In this document: positions 10,864 through 22,106 of the stretch, one piece after another
Layout: each line of letters starts with the position of its first letter
How positions within the stretch are numbered: the stretch's first letter is position 1
Source: an uncultured Gammaproteobacteria bacterium
GTDB lineage: Bacteria; Pseudomonadota; Gammaproteobacteria; CAWCPV01
DNA length: 64,000 nucleotides
Assembly (NCBI GenBank): GCA_963797555.1
Contig: CAWCPV010000003.1
Span: 736,001 to 800,000, forward strand
Reading direction: 5' to 3'
Notes under the pieces: model-generated
What the model was told of the DNA's origin: nothing
The model's input: the letters and a program-made list of their open reading frames with translations, nothing else
Database searches by the model: none
Translations under genes and position numbers: made by a program

Positions 10864-11156
10864 GAGTGCGCCGCGACCCGCTCTACCAGCTCGGCGCCGT
10901 GGCGAAATCACATGGGCGCACCGTCCCGGTCTGCCGACTTCGGGACGACACCATCAGCTTTCCTCGTCGCACTCGCACTGCGCCTCTGCAATAATGCCCC
11001 CAGCGGCCGTCCGTCGCGCACGGCCGCAACCTATGGTTCGAACAGGGCAGCGCTGATCCGGTCGCTGACCCACGTACCAATGACGGCTGACCGACAGCGG
11101 GATCGGGAAGGTGGGGGCGCGCGCAGGCGAACGTCCAGCGAAGGTTCGGCCCGCCG

Positions 11157-14010
11157 ATGCAACTGACTGACTTTCACGCCAAGTATTACGCCCACGAGCT
11201 GACCAAACGCTCCGCGTCGGACAGTGTGGAGAAGCTTGCCGGTGCCGTTGCCAGCGCACAGGTGGACCTGAACCCGCATCAGGGGGACGCCGCGCTTTTC
11301 GCCTTCAACTCTCCGCTGTCCAAGGGCGCACTGCTCGCGGACGAAGTCGGCCTCGGCAAGACCATCGAGGCAGGCCTCGTCCTTTCCCAGAAATGGGCCG
11401 AACGGAAGCGCCGCGTGCTCGTGATCACGCCGTCCAACCTCCGCAAACAGTGGCATCAGGAGCTGACGGAGAAGTTCTTCCTGCCTTGCCGGATATTGGA
11501 GACGAAGTCCTACAACGAGGCAATCAAACGGGGGAACTTCCGCCCCTTCGAGGCAAAGGATGTCGTCGTCATCTGCTCCTATCACTTTGCGCGCAACAAG
11601 GCGGCCGATGTCGCGGCGACACCGTGGGATCTCGTGGTCATCGACGAAGCCCATCGCCTGCGTAATGTTTACAAGCCGTCCAACGTCATCGCCAACACGC
11701 TCAGGGCAGCGCTGCAGGAACGCCGCAAGCTGCTCCTCACCGCCACCCCGCTGCAGAACTCGCTGCTCGAGTTGTTCGGCCTCGTCAGCATCATCGACGA
11801 GCACGCCTTCGGCGATCTGAAAAGCTTCCGCGAGCAGTTCGCCAATCTGAGCCAGGAGCAGGTGTTCCAGACGCTCAAGGCGCGCCTCAAGCCGGTGTGC
11901 CATCGCACGCTGCGCAGGCAGGTCATTGCTTACATTCCATATACGAACCGGTTGCCGCTCGTCGAGGAGTTCACCCCGGAGGAAAGCGAAGACCGTCTCT
12001 ACGATCTCGTCTCGGAATACTTGCGCCGCCCGAACCTGCAGGCGCTCCCCCCCAGCCAGCGCTCGCTGATGACCTTGGTGCTGCGCAAGCTGCTCGCCTC
12101 TTCGACCTTTGCCATCGCCGGCGCGCTCACGTCCATCTCGAACCGACTGAAGGCCAATCTGCGCAGGCAGGAACCACCGGAATCGCTGGAGGAGGAGCTG
12201 GACCAAGAGTACGAAGGGCTGAGCGAGACCGTCGATGAATGGGGAGACGATCAGCCAGGCGAGGTGCTTGCGGAGGCCGATCGCGCGGCGCTGGAGGCTG
12301 AAATCGCCGATCTCGACGACTTCGCCCGCCTTGCCACTTCCATCGAGCACAATGCCAAGGGTAAGGCCCTGTTGAAGGCGCTGCACATCGCCATGGACAA
12401 GGCCGCGGAACTGAGCGCCGAGCAGAAGGCCATCATCTTCACCGAATCCCGCCGCACGCAGAGCTACCTGTTGCGCGTGCTGGCAGACAGCCCGTGGAAG
12501 GACGGCATCGTCCTGTTCAATGGCTCGAATACCGACGACCGTTCCAGGGCCATCTACGCCGCCTGGCTGGATCGTCACCAGGGCAGCGACCGCGTCACCG
12601 GCTCGCGCACCGCGGACATGCGTTCCGCCCTGGTGGATTACTTCCAGGAACAAGGGCGGATCATGATCGCCACCGAAGCGGGCGCGGAGGGCATCAACCT
12701 CCAGTTCTGCTCCCTCGTGGTGAACTACGACCTGCCGTGGAACCCCCAGCGCATCGAGCAGCGGATCGGTCGCTGCCACCGCTACGGCCAGAAGCACGAC
12801 GTGGTCGTGGTGAACTTCCTCAACCGCAACAACGAGGCCGACCAGCGCGTGTTCCAACTTCTTTCGGAGAAATTCCAGCTCTTCGAGGGCGTCTTCGGCG
12901 CCAGTGACGAGGTGCTCGGCGCCGTCGAGTCCGGCGTGGACTTCGAGAGACGCATCAACGACATTTACCAGCGCTGCCGCAAGACCGAGGAGATTCAGGA
13001 CTGCCTTCGACCAGCTCCAGCTCGAGCTCAGCTTCGAGATCAACGAGGCGATGACCCGGACGCGCCGCAAGCTGCTGGAGAACTTCGACGACGAAGTCCG
13101 CGAGAAGCTCCGCGTGCAGGATGAAGCCTCCAAGGCAGTCTTGAGCCGCTTCGAGCAACTCCTCATGCGGCTCACCCGCCACGAGCTGGACGGCCACGCC
13201 GAGTTTCTGAACGACTCATCGTTTCGACTGCTCGCTGCACCGTTTGCCGGCGAGATCCCTACGGGTCTCTACGAGTTGCCGCGCCGTTCCGGCGAGGCGC
13301 ACACCTACCGCTTGAACCACCCACTAGCCGAGGCGGTGATCGCGCAGGCGAAAGCTCGCGAGCTGCCCTCTGCCGAGATCCGCTTCGATTACACCGCCCA
13401 CGAAGGTAAGGTGAGCATCCTGGAGCCGCTGCGCGGGCAAAGCGGCCATCTCTCCCTGTCGCTGTTCACGGTGGAGTCCCTGGATCAAGCCGAGGACTAC
13501 CTCGTTTTCGCCGCCGTCACCGATACCGGGCAGCAGCTCGACGAAGAAGCCGCCCGTCGCCTCTTGTCCCTACCGGGCCAGGTGGGGCAAGGGATGTTGT
13601 CGCTGGCTCCCCCCGGTGACCTTGATGAAGTCATCCAGCGCCGCCAGGCTGAAATTCAACGCACCATCTCCGAGCGCAACGCCCGCTTCTTCGAGGCGGA
13701 AGCCGAGAAGCTCGACGGCTGGGCTGACGACCTGAAAGTGGGTCTCGAACGCGAGATCAAGGAGCTGGACCGCCAGATCAAGGAAGCCCGCCGTGCCGCC
13801 ACCATGGCGCTCACGCTGGAGGAGAAACTGGCCGGCCAGAAGCAGGTCAAGGCCCTGGAATCCCAGCGCAACGACAAGCGGCGCTCGCTCTTCGATACGC
13901 AGGACAAGGTAGACCAACGGCGGGAGGAGCTGATTGCCCGCACCGAGGGGAAGCTCAAGCAGGAGGTCGCTCTGAGCCGCCTTTTCAGCATCCGATGGAG
14001 CCTCCAATGA
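11157..14010 (+). CDS. SNF2-family helicase associated with Type III R-M (split by one frameshift near 13000)
   Basis: LLADEVGLGKT, VIDEAH, LLLTATPLQN, EAGAEGINLQ, NYDLPWNPQRIEQRIGRCHRYGQ; continues in frame 12904..14010 with a coiled-coil C-terminus. Confidence 0.9.
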
Positions 14011-15854
14011 ATGTCGAGACGCCCATCGAGATCGTTCACTTGCCGGGTCAGCTTCGCCTTCTCTTCGGGGGCAAGCTCCGCGAGGCCACGACCGGCAGTG
14101 CGCAGGAGCGAGAAGCGAACTTTCTCTCCCGTGCGCTTGCCGCCTACGCGGTCCATAGACTTGCCGCTTGCTCTCTGGAGGAAGCTGCTACCGCCGTGGT
14201 CGACGGGGGAGGAGACGGCGGGATCGATGCCATTTATTACTCGCATGCGACCCAGACCCTCCACGTCGTGCAGTCGAAGTTCTTCATGGATGGGCGTGGC
14301 GAGCCGGCACTGGGAGACGTGACAAAATTCAAGGAAGGATTGAGCAATCTGCTGCAGGGAAACTTCGAAGCATTCCGGGCCAACGAATCCTGGGCGACCA
14401 TGATTCCAGGGCTTCATGCGGTATTCAGAGTTCCGTCACTGCAGGTCCGCGCCGTCCTGGTCTATTCGGGGATCAACCTGGTCTCGGAAGACCGCCGAAG
14501 GCTTTTCGAGAATCTCAAGCGGCGCTTCTCCCCTGGTGACGACTACCTCGAGGTGCTGGTCTGCAATCTTACCACGGTGCACGATTGGGTCATTGGCGCG
14601 GATACGGGACCCGGAGTGCCTGAGATCGAGCTGATGCTTCGAAAACCTGGTTGGGTTACCACCCCTTATGAAACGGTCTACGGCCTCCTGCCCCTGGCCG
14701 AGCTGGCGCAATTGCGTGCAGTCCACGGACGACGCCTGATCGCAGCCAACATCCGCGCCTACAAGGGCGACACGGAGGTCAACACCGAGATTGCCAGCAC
14801 TTTGCGCGAAGAACCGGAGCATTTCTTCTACCTCAACAACGGACTGACCGCCTATTGCGAGCGCTTGGAGGTCAACCACCTCGACCGTGCAAACACGGAG
14901 CAGAAACGCATCCGCGCCTTCGGATTTTCCATCGTCAATGGTGCTCAGACACTCGGAGCGGTCGCCGACATCTTTGAACAACCTCGGGATCCTCCCCCGC
15001 AGAGGCACGTCTTCCTCAAGATCGTCTCGCTTGAACGATGCGTCGATGATCGGGCCTTCGCCAAGCGGATCACCCGCAGCACGAATTATCAGAATCAAAT
15101 CGGCTCCCGCGACTTTGTGGCTCTGGACGATGAGCAGGAGCGGATCGCAAACCAGCTCGCACTGTCTGGAATCAGCTACCACTGTAAGGATGACGCTGAA
15201 GCCCCCGCGCCTGATGCTACCAACTTCAACCTCGGAGAAGCCACCACAGCCTGCGCATGTCTCGCCCAATTCAAGGACTGCGACTTCTGCGCTCGCGTGC
15301 TAGCCAATCGGCGCTCGCTTTGGTCGTTTGAAGAGGTTTATCCCGCAGTCGAAGAGAATCGCTCGCGCTACTCGCGGGTGTTTCGCTCGGATAGATCGGC
15401 CCGCACCGTCTGGCGCGCAGTCCAGACGCAGCGGCTTGTCATCGCGGCGATGCAGGAAAACGCTCGCTCAAGTGCAGGGGTCCGGAAGGCATTCTTCGAG
15501 AACGCCCGTTGGTTGGTCCTGAACCTTGTTTTTCTCCGGCTCCGTCCGGAACGGGGCGAGGAGCTTTGGCTGGGCCCAGACTCGGCTGCGGTAGTATCGA
15601 GGGCTGCCGTGGAACTTTCTGAGGCACTTTGGGACGTCTGCGAGGCGCAAGGCTATGCGTCGAGGCGCGTCACTGACGGTGCTGATCAGTACGAGCAGGT
15701 TCGCCATTTCCGCTCGGTCTTCAGCGACGCCTCGGACTGCCAGAGGCTTCGCAACGCCCTGCCGGACAAAATCGCAGCGCAGGCACAGCCTGCGCCGGCA
15801 GGTGCGGACGCGAACTCGCAAGCCCGACAACTCTCGGAACACCCTCGGTCGTGA
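14007..15854 (+). CDS. AIPR (abortive infection phage resistance) family protein
   Basis: VVDGGGDGGIDAI..VQSK nuclease-like N-terminus; NIRAY, FFYLNNGLT, IVNGAQT, TNYQN motifs; ATGA overlap with the helicase stop. Confidence 0.9.
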   Translation: MNVETPIEIVHLPGQLRLLFGGKLREATTGSAQEREANFLSRALAAYAVHRLAACSLEEAATAVVDGGGDGGIDAIYYSHATQTLHVVQSKFFMDGRGEPALGDVTKFKEGLSNLLQGNFEAFRANESWATMIPGLHAVFRVPSLQVRAVLVYSGINLVSEDRRRLFENLKRRFSPGDDYLEVLVCNLTTVHDWVIGADTGPGVPEIELMLRKPGWVTTPYETVYGLLPLAELAQLRAVHGRRLIAANIRAYKGDTEVNTEIASTLREEPEHFFYLNNGLTAYCERLEVNHLDRANTEQKRIRAFGFSIVNGAQTLGAVADIFEQPRDPPPQRHVFLKIVSLERCVDDRAFAKRITRSTNYQNQIGSRDFVALDDEQERIANQLALSGISYHCKDDAEAPAPDATNFNLGEATTACACLAQFKDCDFCARVLANRRSLWSFEEVYPAVEENRSRYSRVFRSDRSARTVWRAVQTQRLVIAAMQENARSSAGVRKAFFENARWLVLNLVFLRLRPERGEELWLGPDSAAVVSRAAVELSEALWDVCEAQGYASRRVTDGADQYEQVRHFRSVFSDASDCQRLRNALPDKIAAQAQPAPAGADANSQARQLSEHPRS

Positions 15855-15915
15855 CCAAGAAGCTAAAGACTGGACTGGATCGGGCGAGGATCGAACCGCG
15901 TATCCTGCTTGAGCA
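15851..15915 (+). pseudogene. Decayed duplicate of the 5' end of the mod gene
   Basis: MTKKLKTGLDRARIEPRILLE resembles the Mod N-terminus MSRQKLELTWMGKENRPRLEPRILLE; DNA ccgcgtat..tgct.ga is shared. Confidence 0.6.
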
Positions 15916-16031
15916 TCATGGGAAGTGTTGCGACGCCGTGACCCCGAAGCCAAGCTGTGAACCCGTCGACAACGGACGAGTCTTTCGGTACAACCGTTTG
16001 GCAACGCAACGCGGGGAGTCATGCCGTGACC

Positions 16032-16278
16032 ATGAACTATCAGTCCTACATCGTCCCGCGACACGTCCATCTGCGGCGGCGAGCCAGTGGTGAAAGGAAC
16101 CCGTGTTACCGTGCGCACCGTGCTCGCAAGCCTGGCCGAAGGCATGAGCGTGGAGGAAATCGTCAGGGATTTTCCGACGCTGGACGAAAAAGCGGTACGC
16201 GCAATCATCGCGTTCGCCGCCGTCTCCGCCGAGGAAGATCTTCCGGTGCCGCCCGTCCCGTCGTTGCTATGGACATGA
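16032..16278 (+). CDS. DUF433 antitoxin-like protein (one frameshift near 16055); usual PIN toxin partner absent
   Basis: Rejoined: MNYQSYIVRDTSICGGEPVVKGTRVTVRTVLASLAEGMSVEEIVRDFPTL. Confidence 0.8.
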
Positions 16279-16374
16279 GGCTTATAGGGCGGGCTCGACC
16301 AGCCCGGAATATCGGGCGGAGCCCGGCCTACTGGACAGCTTGATGCCCAGTCCGTCATTGAAACGAGGCACGCC

Positions 16375-16665
16375 ATGAACCGCACCCAGGTACTCGCTCT
16401 GCTGGCCCGCCACAAGCCCGAGCTGGTGCGGCGCTTCGGCGTCACCGATCTTGCCCTCTTCGGTTCCACCGCACGGGATGCTGCCCGCGAGAGTAGCGAC
16501 GTGGACGTATTGGTTTCCTTCGACGGCCCGGCCACTTCCGACCGATATTTCGGTGTGCAGTTTTACCTCGAAGACTTGCTGGGCCGTCCGGTCGATCTGG
16601 TCACGGACAAGGCGCTGCGGCCGGAACTGCGGCCCTACATCGAGCGCGAGGCGATCCATGTCTGA
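16375..16665 (+). CDS. Minimal nucleotidyltransferase (MNT) antitoxin
   Basis: LALFGSTARD...SDVDVLV...LEDLLGRPVDLVT. Confidence 0.92.
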   Translation: MNRTQVLALLARHKPELVRRFGVTDLALFGSTARDAARESSDVDVLVSFDGPATSDRYFGVQFYLEDLLGRPVDLVTDKALRPELRPYIEREAIHV

Positions 16666-17002
16666 ACGGGAATGGCGCTTTTACGTGGATGACATGATCG
16701 GTTTCGCCGAGAGGGTCGTCGTCTACACAGACGGGCTCGATCAGGCCGGTTTCGTGGACAGCGGCATGCACTACGACGCCACGCTTCGCAACCTGGAACT
16801 GATCGGCGAGGCCGCCGGCCATATTCCGGAGGATGTACGTCGGGCAAACCCTGCCATCGCCTGGCGGCTCATCATCGCCACGCGCAACCGCCTGATCCAC
16901 GGTTACCTGGGCATCGACAACCACACCCTGTGGAGCATCGTGCGGAGAGATATTCCCGCGCTCCTCCCGCAACTGCGCAAGCTCAAAGAACAGTCGGCAT
17001 GA
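16658..17002 (+). CDS. HEPN/DUF86 toxin (HepT-like)
   Basis: RNLELIGEAA and RNRLIHGY (R-X4-H) motifs; overlaps the MNT stop. Confidence 0.92.
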   Translation: MSEREWRFYVDDMIGFAERVVVYTDGLDQAGFVDSGMHYDATLRNLELIGEAAGHIPEDVRRANPAIAWRLIIATRNRLIHGYLGIDNHTLWSIVRRDIPALLPQLRKLKEQSA

Positions 17003-18632
17003 GCAGGCAAAAACTCGAGCTCACCTGGATGGGCAAAGAGAACCGGCCGAGGCTGGAGCCGCGTATTTTGCTCGAAGGTCCGGAGAAGTCCTACCACGCG
17101 ACGCACCGGGTGACGGACAACGACATCTTCGACAACCGGCTCATCTTCGGCGACAACCTGCTGGCCCTAAAGGCGTTGGAGGCGGAGTTCGCGGGCAAGG
17201 TGAAGTGTATTTACATAGACCCGCCATACAACACCGGCAGCGCCTTTGCTCATTACGACGACGGATTGGAGCATTCGATCTGGTTGTCACTGATGCGCGA
17301 CAGGCTGGAGATCCTCCGGCGGCTGTTGTCGGACGATGGGTCGCTGTGGATCACCATCGACGACAACGAGGCGCATTACCTGAAGGTGCTGTGCGATGAG
17401 GTGTTTGGGCGGGCAAATTTCGTTGCGAACATGATATGGGAGAAGCGCACTTCGGAGAGAACCGGCGGGTGTTTTCGTTCAACCACGATCACTTGATGGT
17501 CTACGGAAAGACGAAACCTGACTTCGAGCGCGTCCGGAATCCGCTTGGCCTAAGCCATGAGGTCTTATCGCGGTACAAGAATCCCGATAACGACCCTCGT
17601 GGTGCGTGGCAATCGGTCTCGGCGAACGCTCAGGCGGGGCACGGGACAGCAAGTCAGTTTTACAAACTCAAGCTGCCGTCAGGTCGTGAGATTGATCCGC
17701 CGAAGGGACGATGCTGGCTTTACACGAGGGAACGGATGGAGCAGGAAATTGCCGCTGGAAATGTCTGGTTCGGAGCGGATGGGGACAACGCTCCGCGCAT
17801 AAAGAAGTTCCTTCGAGACAACGAGGACAAAGGACTGACGCCGGAAACCATCTGGCCCGCTACGGAAGTCGGCACGAACGATGACGCCAAAAAGGGCCTG
17901 CTCCAACTACTTCCTGATGTGCCGGTTTTCGACAATCCGAAGCCTGAAGGGTTGCTGGAACGAGTTGTCCATATCGCCACCAACCCCGGTGACCTCGTCC
18001 TCGACTCCTTCGCCGGCTCCGGCACCACCGGCGCAGTCGCCCACAAGATGGGCAGGCGCTGGATCATGGTGGAGCTGGGCGAGCACTGCCACACCCACAT
18101 CATCCCGCGCCTGAGGAAGGTCATCGACGGCCAGGACCCTGGCGGCATCACGCAGGCGGTAGGCTGGAAGGGAGGCGGCGGCTTCCGCTACTACGGCCTC
18201 GCCCCGTCCCTTCTGGAAAAGGACAAGTGGGGCAAGTGGGTCATCAGCCACGAGTTCAACGCCGCCATGCTGGCCGAGGAGGTGTGCAAGCTGGAAGGCT
18301 TCGTCTATGCGCCGAGCGACACACTGTACTGGGAGCACGGCCATTCCACGGAGCGAGATTTCATTTACGTCACCACGGCCAACCTGAGCCGCGACCAGCT
18401 CCAGCAATTGAGCGATGAGGTGGGCCGCGACCGGTCGTTGCTGGTGGTGTGCAGCGCCTTCCGCGGCCCGAGGGAGGGCTACGCGAACCTGACGGTCAAG
18501 AAGATACCCAAGGCCGTCCTCTCCCGCTGCGAGTGGGGCCACGACGATTACAGCCTGAGAGTGGAAAACCTCCCCGAGGCGCCGGCAGCGCCCGGACAGA
18601 CGGAGATCCAGCTTGGTTGGCAAGACGATTGA
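16999..18632 (+). CDS. mod: Type III R-M methyltransferase Mod (frameshift near 17450)
   Basis: LIFGDNLLALK, IYIDPPYN (motif IV), PKPEGLLERVV, VLDSFAGSGTTGAVAHKMGRRWI (motif I). Confidence 0.92.
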
Positions 18633-18882
18633 CTACGAGATGACCGAGCACGCTCGTGAGAGCCTGCGCAGGCGTCCAGATATCCGCCTGGAATGGCTGG
18701 AACGAGCGCTGCAACAGCCCATGCGGGTGCAGTCCGATGCCATCGACCCGGACCTGGAGCACCGGTTGCTTCGAATCGACGAGCATGAAGGCCGGGTCCT
18801 GCACGTGATCGTGAATAGGACCACTCGGTCCATCCGAGTGATCACCGCGTATTTCGACCGTAACATGAGGAGCAAGCTATGA
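18613..18882 (+). CDS. DUF4258 family toxin-like protein
   Basis: TEHARESL.RR...RVLHVIVN...VITAYFDR. Confidence 0.8.
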   Translation: MVGKTIDYEMTEHARESLRRRPDIRLEWLERALQQPMRVQSDAIDPDLEHRLLRIDEHEGRVLHVIVNRTTRSIRVITAYFDRNMRSKL

Positions 18883-19106
18883 GACTCCGAATAGACGAAG
18901 AGGCGGACGCTCTGCACCTCGAATTGGTTGACGTGCCGGTCGCGGAGTCGGAGGAAGTCGCTCCTGGCGTGATCGTCGATTACGACGCAACCAATGAGGT
19001 GGTTGGCATCGAGGTGCTGTACCTCTCGAAGCGGCCGCATCCTGTCAACCTGATGGATTTTCAATTTCAAACCAGCCCCAAGAAGCTTGCCGCGAGCGGA
19101 AGGTAA
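18879..19106 (+). CDS. DUF2283 family antitoxin-like protein
   Basis: MRLRIDEEADALHLEL...SEEVAPGVIVDYDATNEVVGIEVL. Confidence 0.88.
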   Translation: MRLRIDEEADALHLELVDVPVAESEEVAPGVIVDYDATNEVVGIEVLYLSKRPHPVNLMDFQFQTSPKKLAASGR

Positions 19107-19357
19107 TCGGCTTCTCGGTGGCGGCGTCGGCGTGAAGATCGGTCCGTGATACACAGTGCAAAGGAATTTGGCGTGACGCGCGAGCGGCTTCCGAAGCCCG
19201 GCCGAATGCCGGGCAGGCTGTGCAGCACGCCGAGGCCGGAGGGATGGCCGGCGTTGCGCGGGAGCTATCGCCTGGAGATCGAACGAATGCAACTTGAGAT
19301 CCTGGATTGCCTCGGGCGGGGTGCGTCCAAACATCTCGAAGGAACGCTGGGCGAGCG

Positions 19358-22048
19358 ATGAACCGCCACGTCAATGCCATCGCCGGGCGCCTCTCGCTGC
19401 GACCTCCGCAGCGGCGGTCGCTGGAGATCCTGGACCGCATTACGGAGATCGTCCCGCCGAAGAAAGGGGCGGACGTGGCCGCCGCCCTCGCCGCGATCCA
19501 TGCCGAGTTTCCGACCGTGACGGACTTCGAGCGCGAGTTCCCCTCGCTGTGCTTTGCGCTGGCCACCGGCGTCGGCAAGACGCGGCTCATGGGCGCCTTC
19601 ATCAGCTATCTGCACCTCGCGCACGGCATCGACAACTTCTTCGTGCTCGCGCCGAACCTGACCATCTACAACAAGCTCGTCACTGATTTCACACCCGGCA
19701 CGCCGAAGTACGTGTTCAAGGGAATTGCAGAGTTCGCCACGGACGCCCCGGCGGTCGTCACCGGCGACGACTACGAGTCGCGGGCGCGGACGCTTTTCGA
19801 CGAGTTCATCCGCTGCAAGGTGAACATCTTCAACATCTCGAAGATCAACACCGAGGTGCGCGGCGGCAAGTCGCCCCGCATCAAGCGTCTGTCGGAATAC
19901 ATCGGCGAGAGCTATTTCGACTACCTCGCGGGCCTGCCCGACCTCGTGCTGCTGATGGACGAGTCGCACCGCTACCGGGCCTCGGCCGGCGTTCGGGCGA
20001 TCAACGAGCTGAAGCCGCTGCTGGGTCTCGAGCTGACCGCGACGCCGTTCGTGGAGACGAGTAAAGGCTCCGTGGCGTTCAAAAACGTCGTACTCGACTA
20101 TCCCCTCGGGCGGGCCATGGCGGACGGCTTCGTAAAGGAACCAGCCGTCGTCACGCGCAAGAACTTCAATCCGGCGGGCATGTCGCCGGACGCGATCGAG
20201 CGCCTGAAGCTCGAAGACGGCCTGCACCTGCACGAGCAAACGAAGGTGCTTCTGGAGACCTACGCGCGCGAGACCGGCGAGCCGATCGTAAAGCCGTTCG
20301 TGCTGGTCATCGCCCGGGACACGACCCACGCCGCCCAGTTGATGCAGTTGATCCAGCGGGATGACTTCTTCGAGGGCCGCTACAAGGACAAGGTCCTCCA
20401 GGTGGACTCGAGCAGGACCGGGGTGGAGGAAGACGCGATGGTCCAGCGTCTGCTGAAGGTGGAGCACACGGGTGAGCCGACAGAGATCGTCATCCACGTG
20501 AACATGCTCAAGGAAGGATGGGACGTGACCAACCTCTACACCATCGTCCCGCTGCGCGCGGCCAACGCGCGCATCCTGATCGAGCAATCCATCGGGCGTG
20601 GATTGCGCCTGCCCTACGGCAAGCGCACCGGCGTTCCGGCCGTGGACCGGCTCAACATCGTGGCCCACGACAAGTTCCAGGAGATCATCAACGAGGCGAA
20701 CCGGCCCGATTCCCCGATCCGGCTGCAGGCCGTCGTGCTCGCTCCCGAGGACCTCGGGCAGAAGACCAAGACGGTGGTCTCGCAGTCCACGCTCGCGAAC
20801 AAGTTGGGGATACGGCCAGCGCAGGCGACGACAGCCACCGAGGTGGCGGGCGGCGATGAGGCGCCTGCGTTCCAGACACCGGAGGAGCAGAAGGTCGCGC
20901 AGATCACCTATGAGGTCATCCGCAAACTGGAAAACCGGCCGCAGACGCTGCAGAGCGTCTCGCACTTGGCCCGGCCCGAGGTGCAGGCCGAGGTCATCCA
21001 GGAGGTGGCGGCGCAGTATCGTCCCGCGCAACTGGAGCTGGAGGGCGTCACGAAGCCGCCGGACATCGCCGCAGTGGTGGCGAAGACCACCCAGTTGGTC
21101 ATCCAGCAGACCATCGATATTCCCCGCATCCTCGTGGTTCCCAAGGGCGAGGTGCGATCCGGTTTCAAGCCGTTCGCGCTCGAGCTGAGCACACTCAACT
21201 ATCAGCCTCCTTCCGAGGAGATCTGGATCCAGTATCTGCGGACCGGCGGAACGGAAGTGGTAGGCCTCGGCAAGGGCGGCATCGAAGAAGCGCGGCTGGA
21301 GGATTACATCGTCAGCGGCCTGGTGGACTTCGACGACGTGGCCTACGACAGCCACGCCGATCTGCTCTACGACCTGGCGACACAGACCGTGCAGCACTTT
21401 CGGGCTTATCTGTCCGAACAGGACACGCGCAGAGTGCTGCGGCTGCACCAGCGGGAAATTGCCCGCTTCATCCACGTGCAAATGCAGCAGCACTATTGGG
21501 AGGAAGCGGTCGGCTACGAGGTGGTGGTGAGCAAGGGTTTCACCGAGCTCAAGTCGAGCGCCTACGCGGCCTCCGCCACCGAGCCGCCGCTGGATTACCG
21601 GCAATCACCCGCGGACAAGACCAACATGGCGAAGTATCTTTTCGGCGGCTTCGAACGGTGCCTCTACCCGGTGCAGAAGTTCCAATCCGAGGCCGAGCGT
21701 GTCCTCGCCGTCATCCTCGATCGAGAAACGCAGAAGTGGTTCAAGCCCGCCAAAGGGCAGTTCCAAATCTTCTACAAATCCGGCGCCGACCACCTGGAAT
21801 ACCAGCCCGATTTCGTAGCCGAGACCAAGGACTCCATCTACATACTGGAGCCAAAGGCCAGGAATCAAATGCAGGATGCCGACGTTTTGGCGAAGCGCGA
21901 TGCCGCAGTGAAGTGGTGTCAGCGAGCCAGTGAGCACACGGCTGCGCACGGCGGCAAACCTTGGACGTATGCGCTCATACCGCACGACCTCATCGCAGCC
22001 AACATGACGGTCGCTGGGCTCGTAGGTGCATCGGGCGTCAGCGGATAA
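19358..22048 (+). CDS. res: Type III R-M restriction subunit Res (helicase plus PD-(D/E)XK nuclease)
   Basis: ALATGVGKT, MDESHRY, LELTATP, MLKEGWDV, EQSIGRGLRLPYG; C-terminal YQPDFV...ILEPK. Confidence 0.93.
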   Translation: MNRHVNAIAGRLSLRPPQRRSLEILDRITEIVPPKKGADVAAALAAIHAEFPTVTDFEREFPSLCFALATGVGKTRLMGAFISYLHLAHGIDNFFVLAPNLTIYNKLVTDFTPGTPKYVFKGIAEFATDAPAVVTGDDYESRARTLFDEFIRCKVNIFNISKINTEVRGGKSPRIKRLSEYIGESYFDYLAGLPDLVLLMDESHRYRASAGVRAINELKPLLGLELTATPFVETSKGSVAFKNVVLDYPLGRAMADGFVKEPAVVTRKNFNPAGMSPDAIERLKLEDGLHLHEQTKVLLETYARETGEPIVKPFVLVIARDTTHAAQLMQLIQRDDFFEGRYKDKVLQVDSSRTGVEEDAMVQRLLKVEHTGEPTEIVIHVNMLKEGWDVTNLYTIVPLRAANARILIEQSIGRGLRLPYGKRTGVPAVDRLNIVAHDKFQEIINEANRPDSPIRLQAVVLAPEDLGQKTKTVVSQSTLANKLGIRPAQATTATEVAGGDEAPAFQTPEEQKVAQITYEVIRKLENRPQTLQSVSHLARPEVQAEVIQEVAAQYRPAQLELEGVTKPPDIAAVVAKTTQLVIQQTIDIPRILVVPKGEVRSGFKPFALELSTLNYQPPSEEIWIQYLRTGGTEVVGLGKGGIEEARLEDYIVSGLVDFDDVAYDSHADLLYDLATQTVQHFRAYLSEQDTRRVLRLHQREIARFIHVQMQQHYWEEAVGYEVVVSKGFTELKSSAYAASATEPPLDYRQSPADKTNMAKYLFGGFERCLYPVQKFQSEAERVLAVILDRETQKWFKPAKGQFQIFYKSGADHLEYQPDFVAETKDSIYILEPKARNQMQDADVLAKRDAAVKWCQRASEHTAAHGGKPWTYALIPHDLIAANMTVAGLVGASGVSG

Positions 22049-22106
22049 CAAAGCCCCACCATCCTCTGCTACCGGTCGTCAGTCGCTGCCCTTGATGGCG
22101 CGCCCA

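Noticed and set aside
11157-22048. DISARM or BREX system
   Set aside because: No drmA/drmB/drmC or pglZ/brxC/brxL-like genes; the mod/res pair fits Type III R-M.
11043-22093. Imperfect inverted repeat (agggcagcg-ctga..ccggt) bracketing the R-M island
   Set aside because: Only 9 bp match exactly, plus gapped matches, in GC-rich DNA; no integrase, tRNA or target duplication supports it as an element end.
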